Assembly: GCA_905178155.1 (NCBI GenBank)
Contig: CAJINV010000006.1
Location: 1,427,876-1,491,875 of the forward strand
From: Amoebophrya sp. A120
Taxonomy: Eukaryota > Protista > Dinoflagellata
Length of the DNA stretch: 64,000 bases
Direction of reading: 5' to 3'
Position numbers and translations under genes: made by a program. The notes below the pieces were generated by a model that searched no databases, was not told where the DNA came from, and saw only the letters and a list, made by a program, of their open reading frames with translations. Position 1 is the first letter of the stretch. Each line of letters begins with the position of its first letter. Shown piece by piece: positions 37,796 to 49,465 of this stretch.

Positions 37796-40700
37796 ATGGT
37801 AAAAACACCAGGTCAACAACCACGACCAGTCTATTCTGGTCATTTCTTCCTCCTGTTTCTCGGTGGTGACAGCAATAGAAGTTCCACGACATCCGCGTTA
37901 CGAGTCGGCGTTGTGGATTACAAGTTGAGTAGGGACAACAAATCCACTTCAAAAAGCAAAACTGCCCGCCCGACGTCGTTTTCCAGGCTCTTCGTGCCGG
38001 GCGGAAGGAATAGAGGACGAAAAGTTGGTAGGACAGAACAAGAAGATCTATCACCGATAGAAGCAGGAGAAGGAGATAGCGATGACCTTGTGTCGACTCC
38101 TGTGGCAGCAGCATCTCGGACTTCCTTGCACAGCAGAGATGATGATTATGAAGGAGCAGTCCTCAAGAACTCGTACTACCTCGACAAGAGCAGCTATGTC
38201 GATGGCGGTAAACAAGAGCAAAACCAAAACTACGAGGAAAGTAATGGCCACGGCTACGACTACGACGTGGTATCCTCGCAGAACAAACGGCACCTCGAAG
38301 AGGAGCTTGATCTTTCTTCTTCAAAACTGGAATTAATAGGGAAAAACAAGATTGGTAACGAAGAGGGTAGTGCCAGTAGCTCGGAGCAGGACTCAGTAGA
38401 ACCATGGAGAGATGGACGAGCCGGCGAGGACAACCTATACTACGCGAGCAGCTCGGAAGTAGACGAAAGTGTAAGTGACGAAAGAGAAGAGCAACGAGAG
38501 AGTTTTGTCGAAAACACTAGCCCTACTTCCGCCGAAGACGAGTCCTCCGACGATGATCATCATGATGACCAGCACCCGTCTGACGACATCTACCTGGGCA
38601 GTGCACTGGAGCAAGAACGACTACCGAAGCAAGCAAGCAGCTCAAATAATAGCCCCCCGCGGCTGACGTTGAAGCACAAGATGAACCGGAAACTGCACAA
38701 TAGAACTCCAGGATCGGCTCGTCCCGCTGCGGGCACCGTTGAAAACCCTTCACCGGCACGACCTGAATTCCACCTTCGAAAAGAACAAGACGCCGAAAGA
38801 GAAAAGGACAACTTGTTCCTGGAACTCGATCATACAAGAGGAAGAGCCAAACTCTCCACCTTCACGCCCGATGTGACGTTCGAAACGCACTTGGACGCCT
38901 GGTGCCGGCTCGGAAAATCCGAAGACAACTTCCTAAAAACCTACGAGACCGACGACTACAAGGCGTATTTAGAGGCTATCCAGGTGGATAAGAGCACGCT
39001 CACCTACTGGAGCGGGATAAGCTGCGAAGCGAAGTGTCGGGATAATCCAAACTGCTACGCCTACGAAAAATCCGTAAATACGGGGCGGTGCTCACTTATG
39101 GGAGTGTCAGGATTGAAATTGACAAGGTTGAAAAAATAACTTGTAATGCATAAAATCGATACCAGTAGGAAGCCCAATTTCCAAGCTGTCCATGACAAAT
39201 TTCGGCACCGTCTAAATCCAGTTTGTCAACATGCTCCTTGGGCACAGAAAAATACTTTTGTCATGCTCCTTTAGCAGCTCTATCCCAAACCCTAAATAGG
39301 CTCACAAAAATCTGCCTCACTTGCCATCCCGGCAAGACAGGCACTTCATGCCTTGCATTTTATGCATGACAAATCATTTCAACTTTGACGATTTCAAATC
39401 TGACACATCCATAGCACTGTTTCACGTGCCGGTCACCTGGACCGAATTACAGCAGAACGACCGTTACAAGACCAAGGACCCAAACACCAGCCGCAGGCGC
39501 TACACTGGGGTTTTCGCGTACACAGGTCAGAAGTACACCGCAACAATTCCGGAAAATGAACCCGAAGCTTATGCCAAGGGGTCTGTTTGCGGCGTGAAAG
39601 CGGAGAAGACCTATTCAACGCGATACCTGGATGCACTCGCTTACCAAGACCACTGGAATAGCATGTGCCGTGCCGGTCGGGTCGGGGATAACCTCGCAGT
39701 CGTGTCGCAAGACGGGGTACGCATTGCAGATATGTCTGGGTCTGGAAGCAGGTTGCAACTTGTCATGCGCATTTCAGACCGCACAACAATTTGTCTTGCA
39801 CAAACAGCAAAAGTTGTATTTTTGGCCATGGTGATGTTGAAAGCGGATTTCCCAGGCAGAGTAGGGATCGTGAAGCTCTTGAAGAACCTGTGATGCTAGT
39901 TCTGCATGCCAGACACTCTCTCTGGGTCATGCAAAAGCAAAACCTGCATCACAAACATCTGCATTCTTCCAGACCTAGACAAATTTGCATTTGATACGGG
40001 GTAGCACCGAACGTGTTATCGATATATTCCGGCGTGACGAGTGTCGCTATGAATTGCAAAAGTATCGTACTCGTATAAATGCATCACAAATTATTTCCTC
40101 ATCCTCAGCATGTGAGAGTATATGCATGATTGCAATACGAGTGCGATACTTTTACACAGGATAGTCGCTGACTGCAAACAAAAGTGCACCGACAATGACG
40201 CTTGCGTCGCGATTCAGTTGTTCTTGCACAACGCCAAGGATAACTGCAAACTACTGCAGTCGACAAACTTATCACAAGAAAAAACTGTTTCACCGGGATG
40301 ACTTATTGCATCACAAGTTTGCTCTACACCACAGAGGAATTTCACCACGAGCTTCCTATGGGAAAGTTCGCCTACAATAATGCACTGTCTTGCATGTGTA
40401 GCAAGACAAACATAATAAATGCGATACATTTTCTGCATCACAAGTTCACAGTGAAACATTTTTTTCTTGCGATAAAACGAGAAAGAGGACATTACGTACA
40501 CGCGAATTAACAAATCAAAATTGCGGGACAACCAGGAGGGCACGCTTTGTGCCGTGAAAATGTCCAAGTACCGGGAGATATCAAATGCAAAAATGTCTGG
40601 GTCTGGAAGATTGCGACTTGTCATGCTGTTTTTGGACTCTAAAAAAATTTGTATTGCATGACCAGGAAAAGGAGCCTAGTTTGTGCTACGCGGGTGGGCA

Positions 40701-43277
40701 TTTAACATGCGGAGTAGGCAACAGGAAGCCCTCTACTTAAAAATCTGTGATGGTAGGTCGTGCATTACAGACATCCTGGGTCATGCCAAATATGCATGAC
40801 AAACCCGGCAACAATCCAGACCCAGACATTTTTGCATTTGATAGGAGAAAAACAAGTGCAAGTGCGACAACGGAAGCAAGGATGAGGAGTGGTTTTGCAC
40901 AAAAGAGATTCATATCCTGTGCAAAAGTATCGTACTTCTCGTAGTAATTGCAGTCCTGAATTACAAATTTTTTTCTGAAAGTGAATCCGCATGACAAATT
41001 CCATTTCTCATGCTGAGCTAATTTGTATTGCGGTACAAGTACGACGAGAGTACGATAGTACTTTTGCGATTCATAATTCAGATGTGCGCCAGCTGCAAGG
41101 ACACAAACTACGAATTGAAGGATAATTACCCGGCCCCGCGACAGCGAGGCTGCGAACCGAAAGCGAACATTGTGACGCAGCCACCTGTAGAGCCCGTCAC
41201 GACGGAACAACCCGTCGTGACCAAGGAACCCGGCGTCACGGCAGATCCCAGCGCGACGGAAGCTCCGGGTGGAGACAATGGAAACAATGCTGCAGCAGGC
41301 GCGGACGGCGCTGGGGCTGGTACAACGACGGGTGGTGAGCAAGCGGGGGGTAGTGGAACAGGTAGTACAAGTACTTCCGCAGGAACTACATCAAATCATA
41401 CCCAGGATAACAACGCGACCTCCGCTGGCGGCGACGGCAGCATGCCGCAAGCGCATCTTGCGCCAATGGAGGGGGCCACGGTGGAATTTGTCAATGGCAC
41501 CTTGCAACAAGTGGTTCCTGAAGAAGGTGAAAATGCGACGAAAGAGGAAGAAGCAGAGGACGAGGGAGACGAAGGCTCCTTTTTCACCTCCAAGGTGGCG
41601 GGAGCCATCCCTGTTTGGGCGTTGTTCGTTATCGGTGGAGCTTTGTTGCTCGGGTTGGCTGGGTTTGGAGTGTACTTTGCGTGGTGCGGTGGAGCTGGCC
41701 ATGGTAGAAGTGTTGCGGCGGGCGGCCGCGCCAGTAGATTTTCAACAACATCCCGTGAATCTGCCCGTCCGTCCATCCCGGACATCAATATTGGTGGCTC
41801 AGCACGCGAGTCCGAGAGCATCAGGCCGAAGAAGAAGGACAAAAAGGAGGAGAAGAAGCACAGAAGTAGCCAGAAGAAGTATCAACATGAAAAATCCCCC
41901 CTCCCCATATCAAAATAAAAATTTGTGATTCTGATTTGTGGTCACAAATGATCATCTTTGTCTTGCCTATAGGGCAATAGAAGCCATGTGGCGCATTCCA
42001 AAGCCAATCTGTCATGCGCTTTCGGCTACTGCAAACCTGTCTGGCATGCGTTCTTGCTAGCCTTCTGCATACCCGAACCGGCTTAGGAAATGCTGCTAAG
42101 CACTTTGTTTCTGCAAGAGAAAGCTCATTTGTGTACGCAAATCCAGCATCACAGACTTCGTTTTGATGTGGGGTGGGGGGATTTTTCCTCACAATAAGAA
42201 GAATCACTCGTCTTCTGACGAGGACGAGAAGAAAAACAAAAAGTCAGGGTCCTCAAATAAAGCCGCGGGTACCAGCTTGAAGGACAAAACTACGAAGGAC
42301 ATGTCCCGCGCAGCACACGGCGCTTTGAAGGCCTTCAACGCAGACAAGGATCGTTCTGCAGGAACATCAAACCGGGCGAGCGCGAGAACGAGCAGTCACC
42401 GGGGCGATCATCATGACAAAAAGTTGAAGCGCAAGAAAAGTGAAGGGGAACATATCAAATGCAAAAATGTCTGGGTCTGGAAGATTGCCAGATTTGTCAT
42501 GCTTGTCTGACATGACTCGAAACTCTGTCATGCGTATGTGCAAAAAGATCGCTTTGTCTGTCATGCAAAAACGCAGTTTGCCATGCTGAATACGCTACAC
42601 ATAGCAGCTCAAAAACTTGTCATGCTTGGCCATGTATGACAGTGCGCCCAGTATTCCCTGGTTTGCATCACAAGTTTCCAGACCCAGACATATTTGCATT
42701 TGATATAACACTCTGGGCAGGAACGCTCGGACCGCGGGAGTCGGGTCAGTAATTTTGGGGTTGGTAGGAATAGCAGGAGATCCGTGAGTGCGCCTAGTAC
42801 GCGGGCAAGCAATATCAAATGCACAAATGTCTGGGTCTGGAAGATTTCTAGATTTGTCATGCATATTTTCCATGATCCATGTCGTCTGGAATGCAGGACC
42901 TAGCATGACAGATTCTGTCAGATCCCTATCATGCCTATCCTGCATGAGAAACTGCCTCTCGATTAGGTCAAAAGTGGGCAGCCTTTGGTAATCATGCAAC
43001 ACAGATTTTTACATGATTCAGATTTAGCATGACAAGTTAGCATGACAAGTTAGCATGACAAGTTTTTAATGATTCAGATTTAGCAAAAAAAAAAAAAAAT
43101 TTAGCATGACAAGTTGCATTGTTCCAGACCCAGACATTTTTGCATTTGATAAGCAAGGTGACGAATGACAGTTTCGGACCCAGGGCGAGCAAGTTCAGCA
43201 ACGATCGTCCTAGTGGATTCAATCTTTCACTGCTCAGCTCCGGGGAGCCCAAGAAGAAAGACAAGAAAAGGAAGTAA
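37796..43277 (+). CDS. Type-I membrane surface protein with PAN/Apple-like domains, Cys-rich module, Thr/Gly stalk, TM helix and basic tail, ~1060 aa; 9 introners
   Basis: PAN-like CEAKCRDNPNCYAYE..GRCSL and DCKQKCTDNDACVAIQ..NCKLL. TM IPVWALFVIGGALLLGLAGFGVYFAW. All junctions in frame to TAA at 43275. Confidence 0.8.
39097..39413. mobile_element. Introner family J (single copy here)
   Basis: TIR tatgggagtgtcaggattgaaat / atttcaaatctgacacatccata; TSD tcact/gcact. Confidence 0.87.
39718..39996. mobile_element. Introner family A (starts TAC)
   Basis: TSD cgggg. Confidence 0.92.
40048..40163. mobile_element. Introner family B, internally deleted (116 bp)
   Basis: TSD gtcgc. Confidence 0.93.
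40270..40474. mobile_element. Introner family F
   Basis: TSD aaact/aaacg. Confidence 0.9.
40579..40843. mobile_element. Introner family A
   Basis: TSD ggaga. Confidence 0.95.
40913..41075. mobile_element. Introner family B
   Basis: TSD attca. Confidence 0.92.
41880..42196. mobile_element. Introner family E
   Basis: TSD agaag; similar to the 6230 copy. Confidence 0.92.
42453..42705. mobile_element. Introner family A
   Basis: TSD gaaca/taaca. Confidence 0.93.
42813..43151. mobile_element. Introner family A with internal duplications (inverted relative to the 12178 copy)
   Basis: TSD agcaa. Confidence 0.93.
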
Positions 43278-44254
43278 GAAAAGACTGTATGATTTTCTTC
43301 TGCTTGTGCTTGTGTTTGTGTACTAGCAGGATAGATTTAATATTTTCGCAAGGAAAAAATGTACCTACACATGGTAGTAGTAAGCGTAATCACGATATTA
43401 AAAGTTGTTCCCCATAGAAAGATAGTTGTAAACCTAATCCCGCTTGCGAATTGCAGTACCAGGATGAGCAATTCGTTGATTTGATATAATTTAGTACTTC
43501 CTACCTCGAATGAAAATGGGTCTAGTACTTCTCCGTCCCCAGAATCATCACCATGGTACAACTACGTCCTACTTGGAAGAAAACAAGCACCACCAGACGA
43601 TCGTGATTCGTGCCGTAGCACATAATGATCTCTGTGCGTTTCTTGTTCTGGAAAAATTGTATTTGTTCGTCCCTGCTTGTGGTTTCCTCCTCGTGTAGTT
43701 TCCTTTGAAAGCTGAGTCGTCGTAGTAAGTACCACCTTCATTCAACTACTTGCACACCTTCGTCGTTCGTCCGGTGCAAGAAAAAATGCGATTGGAATGT
43801 GTTTGACATGCTGCGCTTGATGTTGTTACTCTTCTCGTCGACGTACAAAAGTGGTATAAAAGATCTTCGTCGTGTTTGTACAAAATGAAAATTTATCGTA
43901 CAAGAACTGCTCGCGATGATAGATTGCCTCGTTTGTTTCGTCCTGGTTATTTCCGTCGTGCAAAGATAAAGAAACCTGACCCTGAACTCGTGCAGATGGT
44001 TTGCATGCTTGCGCTTAAGAAAATGAACGTATATGGTTAGCAATGTCGTAGTCGTCGTGTACGACGGACTTTAGTTTCTTTGTTTTGTTGCATAATCGTC
44101 CAGTGTCCGTTTTACTTTTACTGTGTTACCCTGCAGGAAGAGCCCCCCACAGCCTGTACATGCGTACTGGTACCTACCACTAATCTCATCCCAATGAAAT
44201 AAAGAATTTAGTCGACAACCTTGAGAGCTATCACCCAACCTCATTTCAGACACA

Positions 44255-47200
44255 ATGATGTCCTTCATAGGGTCTGGCTCCCTGCTCGTCCCTGCGAACA
44301 AAACGAAGGTCGTCGTCGTGAAAATAAGCTCCTTTTATTTGGTCATCCTGTATCATGCTTCGATTTTTGGGTCTTTATTCAACTATGATGTTGAAGATTT
44401 CCAAAACTTAGCTCGACAGCGGAATAATTTTGACGATGTACTATTTGATGCCGAGACGAGGACCTCAATAGGCACCTCTATTTCCACCTCCACGGCACGC
44501 ACACATAGAAGAACATCGCTCGAAGAAAGAACAAGCACGAGTGCCTCCTCTCGAAGTAGTTTTTTCGCAGCGGCAATCAAACTGAAGGTAAATAAAGCCC
44601 ATTCGCCGGATCATGATGGAACAGAAACTCAGGAGCTGGCCCACCCCCGGAAGAACAGGGAAGTAGAACAAGATGTCCTTCTTGCGCGGCAGCGCAAAAA
44701 GTATATCAAGCTGAGGAAAAGTAGAAAGAAGACAAATAAAAAGCAGAGCTTTATCGCGTCTCTTCGAACAAGCACAAGAAGTAGCAGGAGCAGCAGCAGC
44801 GGTTCGAATGCGAAAACAGAAAGCATTAACTTGTCTGATGATGATCAAGTCGCTGCTTCGGCTCGTCCCTCCCCGACGGCTACCGTGCTGCAACTTGGAC
44901 GACGATCTAAAAACAGCAACTACCCTGCGAACGACTTCAACACCGCTACCAGACCGAAACTGTGTTTAGAGGAAAACTCTGCTGAGCGGGAGAACCCGTC
45001 GAAAGGGTTCCGGGAACACACCGACGATATGAATTGCAAAAGTGTCTGGGTCTGGAAACTTGTGATGCGAAAATGTGGATGATGGAAACAGTTCCAAATG
45101 CAACCTGGCAGGACAACTTTCCAGAACGCTTCTCCATAGGCAATCCGCATGAGAAACTGCGTGCTTGCATGTACAAAAGAGGCTGCGACTGTTGTAGGCT
45201 ATGCAATACAGATTTCCTAGGTATGGAAAGCTAGCATTACAAGTTCCAACCTTCCAGACCCAGACACTTTTGCATTTGATAGACGAGAACCACACCAAGG
45301 GTAAGGGCTACTGCCAGGAGAACCAGGCCCGGTGCTTTGGCAGTCACTGTCCCAAGAACAACGTCAAAACCGCGTGGGGCTGGAAACAGCGGTGCTGTTT
45401 CGACCGCAATATCAAATGCAAAAATGTCTGGGTCTGGAAACTCGTGATGCTAAAACGTGGATGATGGAAAAACTTCCGAATGCAGCCCAGCATGACAACT
45501 TTCCAGAATGCTTTCTCATAGGAAGTCCGCATGAGAAACTGCGTTTTTGCATGGCAAAAGTGGCTGCGTCCTTTGTTGCTTATGCAATACAGTAATGTGG
45601 GGTTAGCATTACAAGTTCCAACCTTCCAGACCCAGACATATTTGCAATGCATACGCAAGTGCGACCGGAAATTAAGCCCTTCCAGTGACCCGGGGCTATT
45701 TGAGAAGGATGAGGGGATTATTCCGCTCGGCACTGAGCACCCGGAGAGCTTCGCTTATTGGGTCGCCAAATTTGACTCGGAAAGCTGCAACGACTCGGAG
45801 GAAGTCTGTGTGCAGCACCCGAATTGCCGAGGTTTTTGGTACCCGGCCACCCCTTCGGAGAAGGAGACGCAAGACAATTTGAACCAGTGGCAGATGCCGA
45901 GCACCTGGGGCGCGATCGGGTTGCAAGAGCCGACAAACGAAGCAAAAATCGAGGTCACGGAGTCAAATCCAGCCCTCGGCCTGGACATCTTTTTGCAAAC
46001 GGAAAAGCGGGGCGCCTGTTGCGGCCTCAACGACTGCAATCCGCGGGAGCAGCACCGCTTGCAGGCTTGGCGGCAGTGCGGGAATAGCAAAGAGGTGTGT
46101 GAGGGCATGGGAGATGGGGGCTGCAAGCGGTGGTGGGTAAGTTTTGATCCGGATCTGTACATCGAGCCGGCACCTGGACCTGCCCTCCCAGAGGACAACA
46201 CCAATGCCCCCATAGCAGGAGGAGCGACGACGAAGCAGCCGGGATTAAACACGGAAACTTCCCCCGCAACGGGCGATGAAAATAGTAGTAGCGCGGACAG
46301 CACGAACAGCGAGGAAACAGAAGCAGGAGCTGCTGCTGCTGCTGGAGGCAATTCTACTGTTGCCGGCAGTACATCTTCCACTGCTGTCGCGAATGGTCTT
46401 CTGGCTCCTCCTGCTGAGTCCTCGCAGCAGGTAGTTCAGGAGTCTTTTAAAATCCCCGGTACTATCGAATGCAAAAATGATTGGGTCTGGAAGGATGCGA
46501 ACTTGTGATGCATACTTAGATCACACAAAAATCTGTCATGCTTGGACAGTCAGCAAAAGGAGCTCTTTGTCCTGTCGCCGGAAGAAGGTGTTTGTCATGC
46601 GGACTCGGCATTGGGAAACCGTCTCAAAACCTGTGATGCTAGGCCTTGCATGGCACATCTTCTGTGTCAAGCAAACACAGCATAACAAGCCTCAGCAATC
46701 TTCCAGACCCAGACATATTTGCATTTCATAGGTACCAACGAGACGCAATCGCTGGAGGAAGTCCAAGCCACGGCGGACGAATCCAAAGCGGAGGAGGAAA
46801 GCAGTGGTCTGTTTTCAAAAGTCGGCGGCATTTATGAAATGCAAAGCATCGTATTAGAAGTTGTAATCACATTACAAATTGGCTCAGCATGACAAATGGA
46901 ATTTCTCATGCTGATTTACCTTGAGAAGGAGAGTTGTCATGCATAACAGCAATTACTACGAGTGCGATACTTTTGCAATTCATAGCATTCCGCTGTGGGC
47001 GATCCTGGTCGTTGTGGTCTTTGCGCTGGTCGGGCTCGCTGGGCTAGCCGTGTTTCTTGTCTGCTGTAAGAAGAAAAAACCTGCCATTCCGGATATTGTC
47101 ATCCCGCCGCCGCGGCCTTCGACGGCTCCCTCAAGTTCTAGTAAAGATAAAAAAGAGAAAAAAGACAAAAAGGAAGATGCCGGTGATCTTCATGCAGTGG

Positions 47201-48358
47201 GTTCAGCGAGCAGCAAGACCGAGAAGAAGGAACAAGACCACCGGCATTTTCACGCCACTGGTACTACTCGTAAAACTACCTCTGCTCCTTCCCAGGAGAC
47301 CACGCACAACGTCACCAACTTTGGAGGTGGCGGCAGGCAGAGTGCGCGGCAGAGCCAGAGAAACAGAACGCCGACCCTGGATGATAGCGATGATGATGAT
47401 GGGAATAGGAAGGAAAAGAAGCACCATCACCATCACAAAGATGATGGGGATGACGATCATCATAGCGGCCACCACCATAGGGACCGAGACGATCGGGATA
47501 GAGATCATCGGGACAGAGATCGAGATAACAGGGACAAAAAAGAAAAAGACCACCACAGAGATCACGGCCACGACGACAGACACGACGACAGAAAGTCGCA
47601 TCGGGGCGGACACAGCGATCGCCCGAGCAAGATGCCCAGCAGCGACACGTATCGAGTTGCAAATATAGTATTTAGCAAAAATTCAATCTGGGGCAGGACG
47701 AAGAGTCAATTACATGCAGATGTTTGTGCACTGCAGATTTTGCACAAGAACCCACGGTGTATGTTCTAGCATCGCAAGTTTTGATTATGTGGTGGCTACT
47801 TCATATACCCACCTTGCCAGACAGATGCTCGCGGCTCCTCCGTGCAGCACATATTGGCGCGACCTTCATGTTGCACCTCATGCACGACAGATTTTTGTTG
47901 GATGATGTGCAAGGCCAAGGCGCATCACAGATTTGCAGAACTCGTTTATTCTAGACCCAGATCATGTGGACAAGAACATATTTGCATTGCATAAGACGAA
48001 GAGCGGCGGCCCCAAGTCGGACGATAGGGATGGCAGAAAGGAAAAGAAGGAAACCCCCAGTTTACGCGTTGCAAAAGTGTTACAAATCGTACACGTAGAA
48101 ATTTTGCATCGATCTGCTGTAATTTTTGCATGACAAGTTTAGGTCTCTGCTTCCAAAATCGAAATTTGCGATGCTGCGAGTCGGCTAAGGCTGCAGAGCT
48201 GTCATGATGCTTGGATGAACATCAACATACGGGTACGATAAAACGACTTTTGCCGAGGATAGTTTCGGCCGTCGATGGCTTGGTCGGCATTGCGACCTGG
48301 CGCCCCGGGGAGCCACGACAGGAAAGAGAAGAAGGATAAGAAGCACAAGGAGAGGTAA
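44255..48358 (+). CDS. Type-I membrane surface protein with Cys/Trp-rich repeats, TM helix and His/Asp/Lys-rich tail, ~870 aa; 6 introners
   Basis: Repeats such as YCQENQARCFGSHC..W, CNDSEEVCVQHPNCRGFW and CGNSKEVCEG..GCKRWW. TM GGI|PLWAILVVVVFALVGLAGLAVFLVCC. Confidence 0.75.
45028..45281. mobile_element. Introner family A
   Basis: TSD gacga. Confidence 0.95.
45410..45653. mobile_element. Introner family A (sister of the 45028 copy)
   Basis: TSD cgcaa. Confidence 0.95.
46463..46730. mobile_element. Introner family A
   Basis: TSD ggtac. Confidence 0.93.
46833..46984. mobile_element. Introner family B
   Basis: TSD gcatt. Confidence 0.93.
47650..47993. mobile_element. Aged introner family A
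   Basis: TIRs carry insertions; TSD acacg/agacg. Confidence 0.8.
48063..48261. mobile_element. Aged introner family B (starts TAC)
   Basis: Eroded TSD; element+5 nt gives a Lys-rich terminal exon. Confidence 0.68.
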
Positions 48359-49012
48359 ACATAAACATCGACTCTGATGTCTTTGTCTCAGTGGAAGCAA
48401 GTACTTGTGTATTGTCATGTTGAAATCTCGCAGAGTGTCCTATGTTGAGTATCTGCGTATTAAATTATATTGCAAGTAGGCAATGCCGCCGATAGTTCAC
48501 TTACGTTTTTTTCTGTTGCAAAAGTAACATTCAACCCCAGCACCCGCCCGACGCCTACGACCTTCAACTTCCATGTATCTATTCTTTGTTGCCTAACGAC
48601 CTGTAGAATTTATTGTTCGGACGAGTTTCGAAAAAGATTGTACCTTCATTTGCAATGTGATCACAGACCGAAGGGAAGAGAGAGTGGCTGCTTACTTCCG
48701 CGACCGAGGTGTGCAGGTACTGCCAAAGTGTTCCGACAAGAAAGAACAACAAGCTGGAGCATAATGTAGCTCCTGTTTGATATTTATTCGAAGAAGTGGC
48801 GTCTCCTGAAGGTCTCTCTTGGCCCCCCGCTCCTTTTTAGCGAGTCTCGGCGCATACAATCAGTCAGACGTAAACTCCCTCTATTGATGACATGCATTTT
48901 GAACAAGACAAGGAAGATCCACACTCCTTTCACTCGCAACAACAAACAACAAGAATTCCATCGAAGATCCAACGCAGTCTTCTGACGTACTAAAACTGCA
49001 CTAACATAGGTT

Positions 49013-49038
49013 CACACACACATACACACACACACACG
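49013..49038. repeat. (CA)n microsatellite
   Basis: cacacacacatacacacacacacac. Confidence 0.85.
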
Positions 49039-49465
49039 ACCGCTCTAACCACTATTTTTGTAGCTTCAGCAGCTGTCTACGCAAGAAACAGACTAAGTGG
49101 ATGCTGATGCTCGCCTTGGACTTATGATTTTTAGCTATTGAATTGTTTCTAGCACGACATGAAACTATCTTCTTCAGCGACAAACGGTTACGGTTCTTCC
49201 GGCAGATAGACATTGTCAACAACAATTTATTTTCGCGGCTAGAACCTAGTACTACTACTACACAGAGACAGTAAATAAAATTTTTACCAAATTAGTCCTC
49301 GACCAGCAGTCGTCGAGCAAGGTCGTTATAGTACCAGGCCGCGGGAGTAGTAGAATACTTGTTCGTCTTTTTGAAGAAGAACAACAACAGTCGCTCGACC
49401 TATATCACCTTGTCGTACTCCTCCTCCTCCTGAAGGCGTAAACCAAAACTCCTTCTTACTTCAAG

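Noticed and set aside
5109-47662. Numerous minus-strand ORFs (e.g. 5109-5654, 19522-20202, 23973-24533, 45755-46381)
   Set aside because: Mostly antisense shadows of + strand exons or low-complexity sequence, with no recognisable motifs.
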